From: a virus
Taxonomy: Duplodnaviria > Caudoviricetes
IMG/VR virus record: IMGVR_UViG_3300020151_000966
Span: 1 to 33,622 of that record
Length of the DNA: 33,622 bases
Direction: 5' to 3' (one strand)
Shown: piece after piece, positions 1 through 8,862 of the stretch
Numbering within the stretch: the first letter of the stretch is position 1
How the letters are laid out: each line of letters begins with the position of its first letter
Notes under the pieces: generated by a model
What the model saw: the letters and a program-made list of their open reading frames with translations, nothing else
The model's database searches: none
What the model was told of the DNA's origin: nothing
Program-made: the position numbers and the translations under genes

Positions 1-78
1 AGCCGGAAGACCGTTAGGGAAGCAGGAGACGTTTTTGGTCCGCCATTTACGATAGGCTTGGCTTATGGGGTGATATAC

Positions 79-519
79 ATGGCTAGGGGCAGAAAATCGC
101 AGGATCGGGGCGGCTGGATGCGTCCGGGCGGAGCGTTGCCAGCTAAAGCGCCGTGTCTGAAGGCGGACGAGCAAAGGATTTACAAATGGCTAATCGGGGC
201 GATGGCCGCACTGGGCGTGGGCGGCAAGTCCGATTTGATGAGCGTGACACTGGCGGCGAGATCCGCAGCCAGGTGCGAACGTCTCCAAGCGGAACTGGAC
301 GCGCTGACGAGCAGCACAGTCAAAAACGCAGCAGGCGGCGTGGTGATGCACCCACTCTACGCCGAGCTAGGCCGTTGCGAGTCAAGGCTGAGGGACTGCC
401 TATGCGGCCTGTACCTGAGCCCCCGCACCAGGGGAACGACAAGGCTGCCAGCGGAAAGCCAAGCCGAGGCAAATCAAGGCGACGAGATGCCATCGGCGCT
501 GCTGAAGATTCTCGGCTAA
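79..519 (+). CDS. terS: Terminase small subunit (P27-like)
   Basis: Starts MARGRK, has the 'HP..' and 'LYLSPRTR' C-terminal pattern of P27-type TerS, lies directly before TerL; ATG at 79. Confidence 0.8.
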   Translation: MARGRKSQDRGGWMRPGGALPAKAPCLKADEQRIYKWLIGAMAALGVGGKSDLMSVTLAARSAARCERLQAELDALTSSTVKNAAGGVVMHPLYAELGRCESRLRDCLCGLYLSPRTRGTTRLPAESQAEANQGDEMPSALLKILG

Positions 520-2048
520 GCCCAGCCGCTGCCAAGCGGGTCGCCATTTTCTCGGCAAGCCTGAAACACATCAAAGGCGAGCATGCCGGCCAGCCGTTCA
601 TCTTGTCCGATTGGCAGTGGCGGGACATCGTGCGCCCCTTCTACGGCACGCTGCGGCCAGACGGCTTGCGCCAATATCGAGCCATGCCAATCGCCCTGGC
701 ACGCAAGCAAGGCAAATCTACACTGGCTGCCATGCTTGGCCTGTACCATCTGTTCGCCGATGGCGAGCAATTTCCGGAGGTAGTGTGCGCTGCAGGCAGC
801 CGGGATCAGGCGGCTATTGTTTTTGACACCGCAGCGGCCATGGTTCAAAGTTGTCCGACTCTGGCCTCTCGATGCACGGTGCTGCGCCGCGAGATTGTGA
901 AAAAATCAGGCGGTTTCCTGCGCTGCATTGCTGCCGATGGCAAGCTTCAGCACGGCCTGAATTGTTCAGCGGTAGTAATGGACGAGCTCCACGTCTGGCC
1001 AGACCGTGAGCTATACGAGGCGCTGACAACCTCAGTGCTGGCACGCCGGCAACCAAGCGTGATCATGATTTCCACCGCAGGCTACGACCGGGAAAGCCTT
1101 TGGCATGAGATCTACAGCCGGGGGAAAGCGGTGGCCGATGCTCGGACATTCGGCCAAGAGCTTGACGAGACGATGCTGCCGGTGATCTACGAGGCACCAC
1201 CCGAGGCGGACTGGCGCATCGAGTCAACCTGGAAGGCTGCCAATCCCGGCTATGGCGTATCGGTTAAACCTGACTACTTCAGGCAAAAGGTCAATGAGGC
1301 CATGGCATCACCTGCAGAAGAGCAGTCTTTCCGCCGACTGCATCTAAACCAGTGGACGCAGAGCAGCACACGCTGGCTAAACATGGAGCGATTCGATGCC
1401 TGCGCCGCGCCATTGCCGGACCTGAAAGGCAGGGCGTGTTGGGCTGGCCTCGATCTCAGCAGCACGCAGGACTTAAGCGCCTTGGTGCTGGCGTTTCCAT
1501 TCGATGACAAAATCATTCTGAAGCCATTCGCTTGGGCGCCAACTGGAGCAGTCAAAGAGCGCGAGCGCCGAAACAAACAGCGCTACGACCAGTGGGCAGC
1601 CAAAGGCGATTTAACGCTGATCGATGGCGAGGTGATCGACTACAGCGAAATCAAAGCACGCATCATGGCACTGGCCAGCGAGTACCGCATTCGTGAAATA
1701 GCAATTGACCGATGGAACGCAGCGCAACTGGCTCAAGAACTGCAGCAGGAAGGCCTCAGTGTGGTGGCATTCGGCCAAGGCTACGCCAGCATGTCACCTG
1801 CTGCCAAAGCTGCAGAGTCTTTGGTTTTGCAGGGCAGGCTGTGGCACGATGGCCACCCGGTGCAGCGCTGGTGCTGGGGCAATGCGGTGATCGAGAGCGA
1901 CAGCGCAGGCAATATAAAGCCGAGCAAATCCAAATCAACCGAGAAAATTGACCTCTGCGTGGCAGGCGTGATGGCAATAGCCAGGGCACAACTAGGTGAG
2001 GTCACCGGCACCAGCGTTTACGAGGGACGCGGGCTGGGCATGTTGTGA
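402..2048 (+). CDS. terL: Terminase large subunit (start uncertain)
   Basis: Walker A LARKQGKS, Walker B VVMDELH, ISTAG coupling motif, nuclease GLDLSSTQDL and KIDLCVA; ATG 402 chosen because of GAGGGA upstream. Confidence 0.95.
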   Translation: MRPVPEPPHQGNDKAASGKPSRGKSRRRDAIGAAEDSRLSPAAAKRVAIFSASLKHIKGEHAGQPFILSDWQWRDIVRPFYGTLRPDGLRQYRAMPIALARKQGKSTLAAMLGLYHLFADGEQFPEVVCAAGSRDQAAIVFDTAAAMVQSCPTLASRCTVLRREIVKKSGGFLRCIAADGKLQHGLNCSAVVMDELHVWPDRELYEALTTSVLARRQPSVIMISTAGYDRESLWHEIYSRGKAVADARTFGQELDETMLPVIYEAPPEADWRIESTWKAANPGYGVSVKPDYFRQKVNEAMASPAEEQSFRRLHLNQWTQSSTRWLNMERFDACAAPLPDLKGRACWAGLDLSSTQDLSALVLAFPFDDKIILKPFAWAPTGAVKERERRNKQRYDQWAAKGDLTLIDGEVIDYSEIKARIMALASEYRIREIAIDRWNAAQLAQELQQEGLSVVAFGQGYASMSPAAKAAESLVLQGRLWHDGHPVQRWCWGNAVIESDSAGNIKPSKSKSTEKIDLCVAGVMAIARAQLGEVTGTSVYEGRGLGML

Positions 2049-2488
2049 TTTCTTTGCCTGACCTGCGGCAGTCTGGCGAGCATGATTGCGGGCTGGTCGC
2101 TGTGCAGGTGGTTCTGCGACATATCAAGCGCAGACCCAAGCCAAGCCATTTTCAAATCCTAAACTGCACTAGCCTAGACGGCACAGATCCGCGCGCCATC
2201 GAGGCGTTTTTCCGCTCAATTGGCTGCCATGTGTTGGCCGGCAGTATGGAATGGGAAGACCTCAAAGCATTCACCGAAACAAACCGCGCCATCATTTGCC
2301 TCACCACTCCAGCGCACGGCATCGGGCACTATGTTGTAGTCGGTGGAATAGACACTTCAACCATCCACTACCAGTGCAGCACCGAAGGACCATGCCGGTC
2401 TGGCAAGCGCACCTGGATGAAATCATGGCATGAGGTGGACAGGCTCGGTGCTGTTTACCACCAGTGGGCCATTTGCGTTTGGCGCTGA
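2045..2488 (+). CDS. Stand-alone C39-like cysteine peptidase
   Basis: QSGEHDCG (Gln...Cys), DGT motif and GHYVVVGG catalytic His strand; GTGA overlap with the terL stop. Confidence 0.75.
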   Translation: MISLPDLRQSGEHDCGLVAVQVVLRHIKRRPKPSHFQILNCTSLDGTDPRAIEAFFRSIGCHVLAGSMEWEDLKAFTETNRAIICLTTPAHGIGHYVVVGGIDTSTIHYQCSTEGPCRSGKRTWMKSWHEVDRLGAVYHQWAICVWR

Positions 2489-2517
2489 TCGTGTCAGCAG
2501 TTTGAATGATTAGCTTT

Positions 2518-3855
2518 ATGGCTAATTTCATTCAGCGCATATTTGGACTGCAGAAGCGCATATCACCCGCGGCGGTGCTCAATAATCCTGCCCTAGTAGA
2601 TTTGTTAGGCGGCAGGAACACCGAGTCGGGAGTGCGTGTCGATGAGGCAAGCGCACTCAGTTGCGCCACTGTGTGGGCTGCAGTGCGTGTCATTTCTGAA
2701 GGCGCTGCCAGCCTGCCGCTAATCACCTACCGCCGAGACGGGGCCACCCGCACACGAGCAAGCGAGCACCCGCTCTATGGTTTGTTGCATGACGAGCCGT
2801 GTCCTGGCATTGGTTCGCTGGTGTTTCGGGAGAGCCTGTTTGCTCATGCGTTGACCTACGGCAACGGCTACGCCGAGATTGAGCGCAGGGCCAGCGATGG
2901 TGTGGCAGTGGCGCTTTGGCTACTAGCACCCGACCGCGTCGAGCCTTACCGCGAAGTCGATGGGAATATTTATTACAAAGTGAGCCAGCCAAAAGGTGGC
3001 CATGTCACTCTGGCCGGTGCCAATGTGATCCATTTGCGCGGCCTTGGTGGCGATGGCGTGATGGGTTACAGCGTGGTGCGCACCGCACGCGAGAGCCTAG
3101 GCCTGACATTGGCTGCCGAGAAGTTTGGTGCCAAGTTGTTTGGCACTGGTGCCAGACCATCTGGCGTACTTGAGCACCCAGGCAGATTGAGCGATGACGC
3201 ACGCCAGCGCCTGCGTGGCGACTATGAGCGCTTGCACAGTGGCCTCGACAACGCGCACCGCATCGCAATCCTCGAGGAAGGCATGAAATGGACGGCACTT
3301 GGTGTGCCGCCAGACGATGCGCAGTTTCTACAGACTCGGCAGTTCCAAGTGGCCGAGGTGGCTCGCTGGTTCAACGTGCCTAGCAGCAAACTGCGAGACA
3401 ACACCGGCCAGACCTACAGTTCGATTGAGGCCGAAAACCAAGCGTTTTACACCGAGACGTTGCGCCCCTGGCTAATTCGACTTGAGCAGGAACTGCAGAT
3501 CAAACTGCTCAACACAGTCGAGCGGCGAGAATACTACTTCGAGCATTTGATTGAAGGCCTGCTCAGAGCAGATATTAAGACACGTTACGACGTTTATGCG
3601 TTGGCAAAAAACTGGGGAATTCTCTCGACAAACGAGATACGCGAGCGTGAGAACCTGCCGCCAATCGAGGGCGGCGACCAATACTTGCAACCGCTGAACA
3701 TGCAACCGCTGAGTGCGCCAAACGGCCCGTCGGCACCTTCAGCCACCCCGGCACTGGTCCCCGCGCTTTCGCCCAGCGCAGAACCCACCCCAGCCAGTGT
3801 CGGGGCCACACCAACACGCAAACGAGGAGGCGGCAATGCTCGAAAAACGAACTAG
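2518..3855 (+). CDS. Portal protein, HK97 family
   Basis: Motifs AVRVISEGAASLPL, YGNGYAEI, HLRGLGGDGVMGYS, ILEEGMKW, DAQFLQTR, NEIRERENLPP; alternative ATG at 2506. Confidence 0.95.
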   Translation: MANFIQRIFGLQKRISPAAVLNNPALVDLLGGRNTESGVRVDEASALSCATVWAAVRVISEGAASLPLITYRRDGATRTRASEHPLYGLLHDEPCPGIGSLVFRESLFAHALTYGNGYAEIERRASDGVAVALWLLAPDRVEPYREVDGNIYYKVSQPKGGHVTLAGANVIHLRGLGGDGVMGYSVVRTARESLGLTLAAEKFGAKLFGTGARPSGVLEHPGRLSDDARQRLRGDYERLHSGLDNAHRIAILEEGMKWTALGVPPDDAQFLQTRQFQVAEVARWFNVPSSKLRDNTGQTYSSIEAENQAFYTETLRPWLIRLEQELQIKLLNTVERREYYFEHLIEGLLRADIKTRYDVYALAKNWGILSTNEIRERENLPPIEGGDQYLQPLNMQPLSAPNGPSAPSATPALVPALSPSAEPTPASVGATPTRKRGGGNARKTN

Positions 3856-5800
3856 CAAACTGGAGCAGGAAGGCAGCAAGCTGGTCGGCTATGCCGCAGT
3901 TTATGCGCCAGCACTGAGCGAAGACCTAGGCGGCTTCAGGGAAAGAATTACTCCTGGCGCATTTGACAAGTCACTCGAAAGCAACGCCGACATCCGAGCG
4001 CTGTGGGACCACAACACTAGCCAGCCATTAGCCAGGACAACTAACGGCTCGCTCAAGGTTTCCAGCGACAAGCGCGGCTTGCGTGTGGAGATCGAACTGC
4101 CTGAAGGCGTGAGCTACGCAGACGACCTGCGCCAGTTGGTGCGCTCTGGCGTGGTGAACCAAATGTCATTCGGGTTTCTTGTGCCACCCGGTGGAGACGC
4201 TTGGGACAAGGACGAAGAAGGCAACGCATTGCGAACGCTAAACAGCATTGATCTACATGAGGTATCGGTTGTTTCGATACCTGCTTACCCGGATACCACT
4301 GTTGCTCTGCGCGGCCTGCGACATGTGGAATTTGACAACAGGCGCGCGCGATGGCTTGCATCGCACGGCTATCGTGCTGCCACTGTTTTATTTTCTGATT
4401 CAAAGGAGATTCACATGAAAGAGATCGCAGAGTTGAAGAAGTTGATCGAGGAGCGAGCCGCGCTGGTCGAGCAGATCCGCGCGCTTACTCCAGAAGAGCA
4501 AGCCGCCATGGACGCGCTGACGGCGCAGGTTACCGACCTAGATGCGCGGGTAGCCGCCATCGAAGAGGCCATGGACTTTGTGCCTGAAGAGGAAATGGCG
4601 AGCGCTGACAAGGCTGCCGAGGCTGAAAGAACATTGGATTTGGTTGGTGCGCGTTGCGCCAGCCTATTGGAAAAGTTGGAAACGCAGACCACCCGCAGGA
4701 GCAAGCCCATGCCATTGAACACGCCTTACATCGTGAAGGATCTCGCAGACAAAAACTACCACAATGATCGCAAGCTGGCCATGCGTGGCTGGTTCTTGGA
4801 AGGCAATGGCCGCGCAACTGATGCGCACCGAGCCGCTGCCGAGCGCGTAGGTGTTAGCCTGCGTAGCCGCGATTTCAATGTGCGTCTGTTTGATACCGCG
4901 CCTCGCAGCCGGCGTGAACTGGAAGAGCGCGGCACTGCCACCCAGGTGATCAGCACCGGCAGCCTCGGCGGTTATAACGTGCCAACCGTTCTGGTCGAGC
5001 GCATCGAGAAGGCGCTGCTCTACTTCAACCCGCTGCGCGAATACGCTCAGGTGCTGCGCACCGAGTCTGGCGAGCCGATGACCATGCCGACCAACGACGA
5101 CACCGGCACCAAGGGCGTGCTGTTGGCCGAAGATGGAGCACTCACCGTAGCCGATACCTCATTCGGCCAAATCTCTCTTGGTGCCTACACCATGAGTAGC
5201 AAGGCTTTGAAGGTTTCTTGGCAGTTGCTCGATGACAACGCCGTTGACCTCGAAACCTACATTGGCGACCTGCTCGGCGAGCGCCTTGGCCGGATCATGG
5301 CCGACTATGTCGCAACAGGCACAGGCTCCAGCCAACCGCAGGGAATTGCGGCCAGCACCGCAGGCAAGACCACTGCCAGCGCAACTGCCATAACTTCAGC
5401 AGAAATCCTTGACCTGATCCACAGCGTCGACATTGCCTACCGCCAAGATCCATCTTGTGCCTTGGTGATGCACGACACTGTGTGGCTGTATGTGCGCAAG
5501 CTGACCGACAGCTACGGCCAACCATTGTTCCAAGAGTCTTACCGCTTCCCTGGCGAGATTCGTGTTCATGGTTTCCCTGTTGTGATCAGCAACAGCCTGA
5601 ACAGCGCTATCACCACTGGCCTCAAGACGATGGTGTTCGGTGCCATGAACAAGTTCCTGATTCGCGATGTGGCCAACATCCGCATCCAACGGCTGGACGA
5701 ACTGTACGCGGCAAACGGTGCAGTTGGGTTCACCGCATGGGCCAGAACTGACAGCAAGATCCTCGCAACCGGCGCTATCAAGCACATGGTGCAGGCTTAA
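3836..5800 (+). CDS. HK97-type prohead protease fused in frame to major capsid protein
   Basis: N-terminal GYAAVY..SEDLGGFRERI, ALWDH, MSFGF, LHEVSVVSIPAYPDT; no stop before the capsid domain; GAGGAGG upstream of ATG 3836. Confidence 0.9.
   Translation: MLEKRTSKLEQEGSKLVGYAAVYAPALSEDLGGFRERITPGAFDKSLESNADIRALWDHNTSQPLARTTNGSLKVSSDKRGLRVEIELPEGVSYADDLRQLVRSGVVNQMSFGFLVPPGGDAWDKDEEGNALRTLNSIDLHEVSVVSIPAYPDTTVALRGLRHVEFDNRRARWLASHGYRAATVLFSDSKEIHMKEIAELKKLIEERAALVEQIRALTPEEQAAMDALTAQVTDLDARVAAIEEAMDFVPEEEMASADKAAEAERTLDLVGARCASLLEKLETQTTRRSKPMPLNTPYIVKDLADKNYHNDRKLAMRGWFLEGNGRATDAHRAAAERVGVSLRSRDFNVRLFDTAPRSRRELEERGTATQVISTGSLGGYNVPTVLVERIEKALLYFNPLREYAQVLRTESGEPMTMPTNDDTGTKGVLLAEDGALTVADTSFGQISLGAYTMSSKALKVSWQLLDDNAVDLETYIGDLLGERLGRIMADYVATGTGSSQPQGIAASTAGKTTASATAITSAEILDLIHSVDIAYRQDPSCALVMHDTVWLYVRKLTDSYGQPLFQESYRFPGEIRVHGFPVVISNSLNSAITTGLKTMVFGAMNKFLIRDVANIRIQRLDELYAANGAVGFTAWARTDSKILATGAIKHMVQA
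4415..5800 (+). CDS. Major capsid protein (HK97 fold), nested in-frame start
   Basis: AAAGGAG at 4402-4408 precedes in-frame ATG 4415; coiled-coil delta-like N-terminus, GGYNVP, KVSWQLLDD, GTGSSQPQGI, FGAMNKF. Confidence 0.85.
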   Translation: MKEIAELKKLIEERAALVEQIRALTPEEQAAMDALTAQVTDLDARVAAIEEAMDFVPEEEMASADKAAEAERTLDLVGARCASLLEKLETQTTRRSKPMPLNTPYIVKDLADKNYHNDRKLAMRGWFLEGNGRATDAHRAAAERVGVSLRSRDFNVRLFDTAPRSRRELEERGTATQVISTGSLGGYNVPTVLVERIEKALLYFNPLREYAQVLRTESGEPMTMPTNDDTGTKGVLLAEDGALTVADTSFGQISLGAYTMSSKALKVSWQLLDDNAVDLETYIGDLLGERLGRIMADYVATGTGSSQPQGIAASTAGKTTASATAITSAEILDLIHSVDIAYRQDPSCALVMHDTVWLYVRKLTDSYGQPLFQESYRFPGEIRVHGFPVVISNSLNSAITTGLKTMVFGAMNKFLIRDVANIRIQRLDELYAANGAVGFTAWARTDSKILATGAIKHMVQA

Positions 5801-5837
5801 CATTTGACAAGTCCACGCAGATCAGGAAACCAAGGCA

Positions 5838-6041
5838 ATGAAGATTCAAATGCTCGAATGCATCTCAGGGCCACTAGGCACGTTCCGTGTCGGTGAAATC
5901 TGGGATAATCCTGATGCAGCCGATGCGAATAGAATCATTGCCGCTGGTTTTGCAATCTGCGTGGATAGTCTGACTGAAGAAAAGACAGGCGAGGTGGAAA
6001 CACCCGAGGCCAAGCAGGCAGCTAAACGGAGCAAGCGCTAG
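5838..6041 (+). CDS. Small post-capsid protein, probably virion-associated
   Basis: 67 aa, lies between capsid and connector genes, coupled to the next gene. Confidence 0.6.
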   Translation: MKIQMLECISGPLGTFRVGEIWDNPDAADANRIIAAGFAICVDSLTEEKTGEVETPEAKQAAKRSKR

Positions 6042-6655
6042 TGGGCCTCAAAGTACTTACAGCCGCAACGGTGGAGCCAGTGTCGCTATCTGACATGAAG
6101 CTCCACTTGCGCGTTGACCACAGCACAGACGATGCGCTAATCAGTGCGCTCGTATCTGCTGGGCGTGACTATGTCGAACGGCAGACTCGGCGGCCATTGG
6201 TCAACACCACCTACCGCCAGACCATGGACTATTTCCCAGATGGCGCTATCGAGTTGCTGCGCGGGCCTGCGGTGCAAATCGCTGTTGCTGGTGCCTACAG
6301 CTATGCGATGCCAAGAATTCGCTATTACGACGAAAACGGCACACTAACCACATTAACCTTTGCCGGTGGTGATTTCGAACTAGACCTCGATGCCAACCCG
6401 CCCAGGCTAAACCTCACACCGCTGGACATCTGGCCGAACACCGAGAACGGCAAGGCCAACGCGGTTGAGGTGGACTATGTTGCCGGCAATGGCGCTGCTG
6501 CTGCCAACGTGCCGGCGCTTTTGACCACAGCCATCAAGCTTCTGGTGGCGCACTGGTACGAAAACCGTTCTGCGGTTCAGCCAGGTGCCGGGAGCGAAGT
6601 GCCATTGGCAGTAGACAGCATTTTAAAAATCTACTCGGTAGGTGATTACCAGTGA
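6041..6655 (+). CDS. Head-tail connector (gp6-like)
   Basis: EPVSLSDMKLHLRVD..DDALI and AIKLLVAHWYENR motifs. Confidence 0.9.
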   Translation: MGLKVLTAATVEPVSLSDMKLHLRVDHSTDDALISALVSAGRDYVERQTRRPLVNTTYRQTMDYFPDGAIELLRGPAVQIAVAGAYSYAMPRIRYYDENGTLTTLTFAGGDFELDLDANPPRLNLTPLDIWPNTENGKANAVEVDYVAGNGAAAANVPALLTTAIKLLVAHWYENRSAVQPGAGSEVPLAVDSILKIYSVGDYQ

Positions 6656-6969
6656 TCATCGGCGAGCTGAGGCACCGTCTAGAGCTGCAGTCTGCGACCG
6701 ACAGCACAGACAGCTACGGCCAGCCCACTCGCACCTGGTCAACCTACGCCACCGTTTGGGGCAAGGTGCTGCCAGTGACTGCGACCGAGAGCCAGCTAGC
6801 CAACCAGCAGCAGGCAGACATCACACACCGCGTGACGATTCGCCACCGAGCCGATGTGACCGCCGAGCACCGCATTCTGTTTGGTAGCCGCGAGCTCAAT
6901 GTTAGAGGCGTGCGTGATCTTGAGGAGCGAGGAATTTCGCTTGAGATCGATGCTGAGGAAAATGCGTAA
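6652..6969 (+). CDS. Head closure / head-tail adaptor protein
   Basis: GELRHRLELQ...DSYGQ...W..YATVWGKV, THRVTIR. Confidence 0.9.
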   Translation: MIIGELRHRLELQSATDSTDSYGQPTRTWSTYATVWGKVLPVTATESQLANQQQADITHRVTIRHRADVTAEHRILFGSRELNVRGVRDLEERGISLEIDAEENA

Positions 6970-7643
6970 TGGCTAGCCAGATTAGACACGATGACCGAGG
7001 AAATCCCTACCGGCGCGAGCGCATTGGCGGGCAGCTGCGTGAAGTCTATTTGGACGGTAAGCGCAATGCCGGCCTAGTTTCCATGAACTTTAACGGGCTG
7101 GACGATGTCATCGGCCAACTGCGTGCAATGGGCGCTAGCATCAACGGAATCTTCAGGCTGGCAGCCAGGCGCTCTGGCGTGCGAATGAAACAAGACATCA
7201 AGACCTTGCTGCCAGGCAGAGGCACCAGAAGCATACACAGCGGCAAAAAGGTTTTGACTTATGGCCTAACTGGCCAACTGAAAAAGAGCATCGATGTTCG
7301 CGTGCTAACCAGCCGCAAAGGCATAGTCCATGCGGTAATCGGCGCAAATCGCAAAACCGTATCGATGGCATTTAAAAAGTGGCACAAGCCGAATAGGAAC
7401 GCAAAAGCACAAAACAATGTGATGGTCCGCGTGAAGCCGACCAACTATTGGCACCTGATCGAAAAAGGCTTTACCGCCAAGCTTTGGCGCAGCGGCAAGC
7501 TTCGACCAGTACCGGGACGCAATGTGCTCGGAAAGGTTTTAGGCGCAAGCAGTAGCCAAGTTATCAAGGACACAAAGGATGTTTTTGAAGAGCAGCAAAA
7601 CAAGATCTTCAACAAACGCCAAGTCTTAATTGAGGCGCTCTAA
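6969..7643 (+). CDS. HK97 gp10-like neck/tail protein
   Basis: TGQLKKSI and YWHLIEKG motifs; gene position. Confidence 0.65.
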   Translation: MASQIRHDDRGNPYRRERIGGQLREVYLDGKRNAGLVSMNFNGLDDVIGQLRAMGASINGIFRLAARRSGVRMKQDIKTLLPGRGTRSIHSGKKVLTYGLTGQLKKSIDVRVLTSRKGIVHAVIGANRKTVSMAFKKWHKPNRNAKAQNNVMVRVKPTNYWHLIEKGFTAKLWRSGKLRPVPGRNVLGKVLGASSSQVIKDTKDVFEEQQNKIFNKRQVLIEAL

Positions 7644-8059
7644 TGAGTGTGCTAGGTCAGGCAGCGCGAACCTACCTAGCCGCCTACACCGGCTACGCCA
7701 CCTATTTGCCTGGTGGTGTTTCGCCAGACCAAACAGGCCAAGGCAATACTAGCCAACCCTATGCGGTTTACCAATCGATCAGCCGCCAGCGCCAGCGCAC
7801 CACCAGCGGTGCCGTGGTGGCAACTACTGAGCGGGTGCAAGTCACCGTGGTCGGCGAGACGCGCAGTAGCTCGCAGGCTACAGCCAACTGGATTGCTGCA
7901 GCCATAACGGCAACACCAAGCCGGCAAACAGTTGGCAGTTTGTTTATCCACTCGTGGCGGGTCGAAGAAGAGTCTAGTTCAAACGAAGTTTATCAGGACG
8001 GATCGGACGAGTCAGCCCGCATAATCTCTATCGAGATTGTCGGGACATACACGGAATAA
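7643..8059 (+). CDS. Tail completion/terminator protein (DUF3168-like)
   Basis: PYAVYQSIS and RVQVTV motifs; lies before the tail tube gene. Confidence 0.65.
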   Translation: MSVLGQAARTYLAAYTGYATYLPGGVSPDQTGQGNTSQPYAVYQSISRQRQRTTSGAVVATTERVQVTVVGETRSSSQATANWIAAAITATPSRQTVGSLFIHSWRVEEESSSNEVYQDGSDESARIISIEIVGTYTE

Positions 8060-8069
8060 GGAGAATGAA

Positions 8070-8501
8070 ATGGCTGTAGTACTTCCACTAGGGACGACTG
8101 TAACTCTCACGCCAGCTACTGGCACAGCCATCACGCTGAATGCTCTCAGCGTCACCGGCACCACTCGATCAGTGGCAATGGCTGATGTCACCGCATTGAG
8201 CGATTACATTTTGAAAAAGCTGCCTAGCCGCGTTGATCCAGGCACTGTTCAGTTTGAGGTTTACCTTGAAGACACAGCAACTGCCACAAATACACTAAAA
8301 ACGCTGCGCGATTGGCAAGCGACTGTGACCGGGTCGAGCATCGGTTACAACAGCGTAACGCTGAGCATCAATTTCCCTGGCTCCACCATCGATGCGCTGG
8401 TTAGCTACCAAGGCTACATCATGGAAGTCACAGAGCCAAGCGTGGCAGTTGGTGACGAGGCTTTGCGTTTCAGTGTGACAATTCAAGTAACCGCAGTTTA
8501 A
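8070..8501 (+). CDS. Major tail (tube) protein
   Basis: DVTAL...DPGTVQFEV...FSVTIQVT pattern; AAGGAG upstream. Confidence 0.75.
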   Translation: MAVVLPLGTTVTLTPATGTAITLNALSVTGTTRSVAMADVTALSDYILKKLPSRVDPGTVQFEVYLEDTATATNTLKTLRDWQATVTGSSIGYNSVTLSINFPGSTIDALVSYQGYIMEVTEPSVAVGDEALRFSVTIQVTAV

Positions 8502-8514
8502 TTAAGGATGGGCG

Positions 8515-8862
8515 ATGAGTTTAAATAGAGATGAGATCCTGTCTAAAAAGGGCGGGAAACTAATCGAGCTAGCAGTGCCGGAATGGGGCGGCACTGTTAA
8601 CCTCCGAGAGATGACGGCATCAGAGCGTGACGCGTTTGAACAGGCTAGCCTGGACAAATCCGGCACGGCAAAACTAATCAATATCCGCGCTCGGCTGGCA
8701 AGCATTTCCCTCTGCGATGCAGATGGCAAGCGTTTGTTTTCCGAGGCGGACATCCACACGCTGGGCGAGTTGCCGGCATCAGCGCTGGACCGCATCTTTG
8801 ATGCATCGATGCGCCTGAACAAGATCAGCAAATCCGATGTGGATGAACTGGAAAAAAACTAA
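8515..8862 (+). CDS. Tail assembly chaperone (gpG-like)
   Basis: VPEWGGTVNLREMTASERDAFE...LCDADGKRLF; ends ELEKN at the slippery site. Confidence 0.85.
   Translation: MSLNRDEILSKKGGKLIELAVPEWGGTVNLREMTASERDAFEQASLDKSGTAKLINIRARLASISLCDADGKRLFSEADIHTLGELPASALDRIFDASMRLNKISKSDVDELEKN
8853..8859 (+). promoter_or_regulatory. -1 programmed frameshift site A AAA AAC
   Basis: X XXY YYZ heptamer immediately before TAA 8860-8862; the -1 frame stays open to 9215. Confidence 0.85.

Noticed and set aside
1-78. cos site upstream of terS
   Set aside because: The position is suitable, but no cohesive-end sequence can be identified and the window starts here
153-401. N-terminal extensions in the ORF track (TerL from 153, capsid fusion from 3713, 12179, 20611, 21706, 25418, 31195)
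   Set aside because: They overlap upstream genes or lack an RBS; most downstream starts have RBSs or stop-start coupling
3700-3855. Pro/Ala/Ser-rich portal C-terminal tail as a distinct element
   Set aside because: Disordered tails are common on HK97-family portals
3960-5813. 13-nt direct repeat CATTTGACAAGTC at 3960 and 5801
   Set aside because: Several matches of this length are expected by chance in 33 kb; no supporting context
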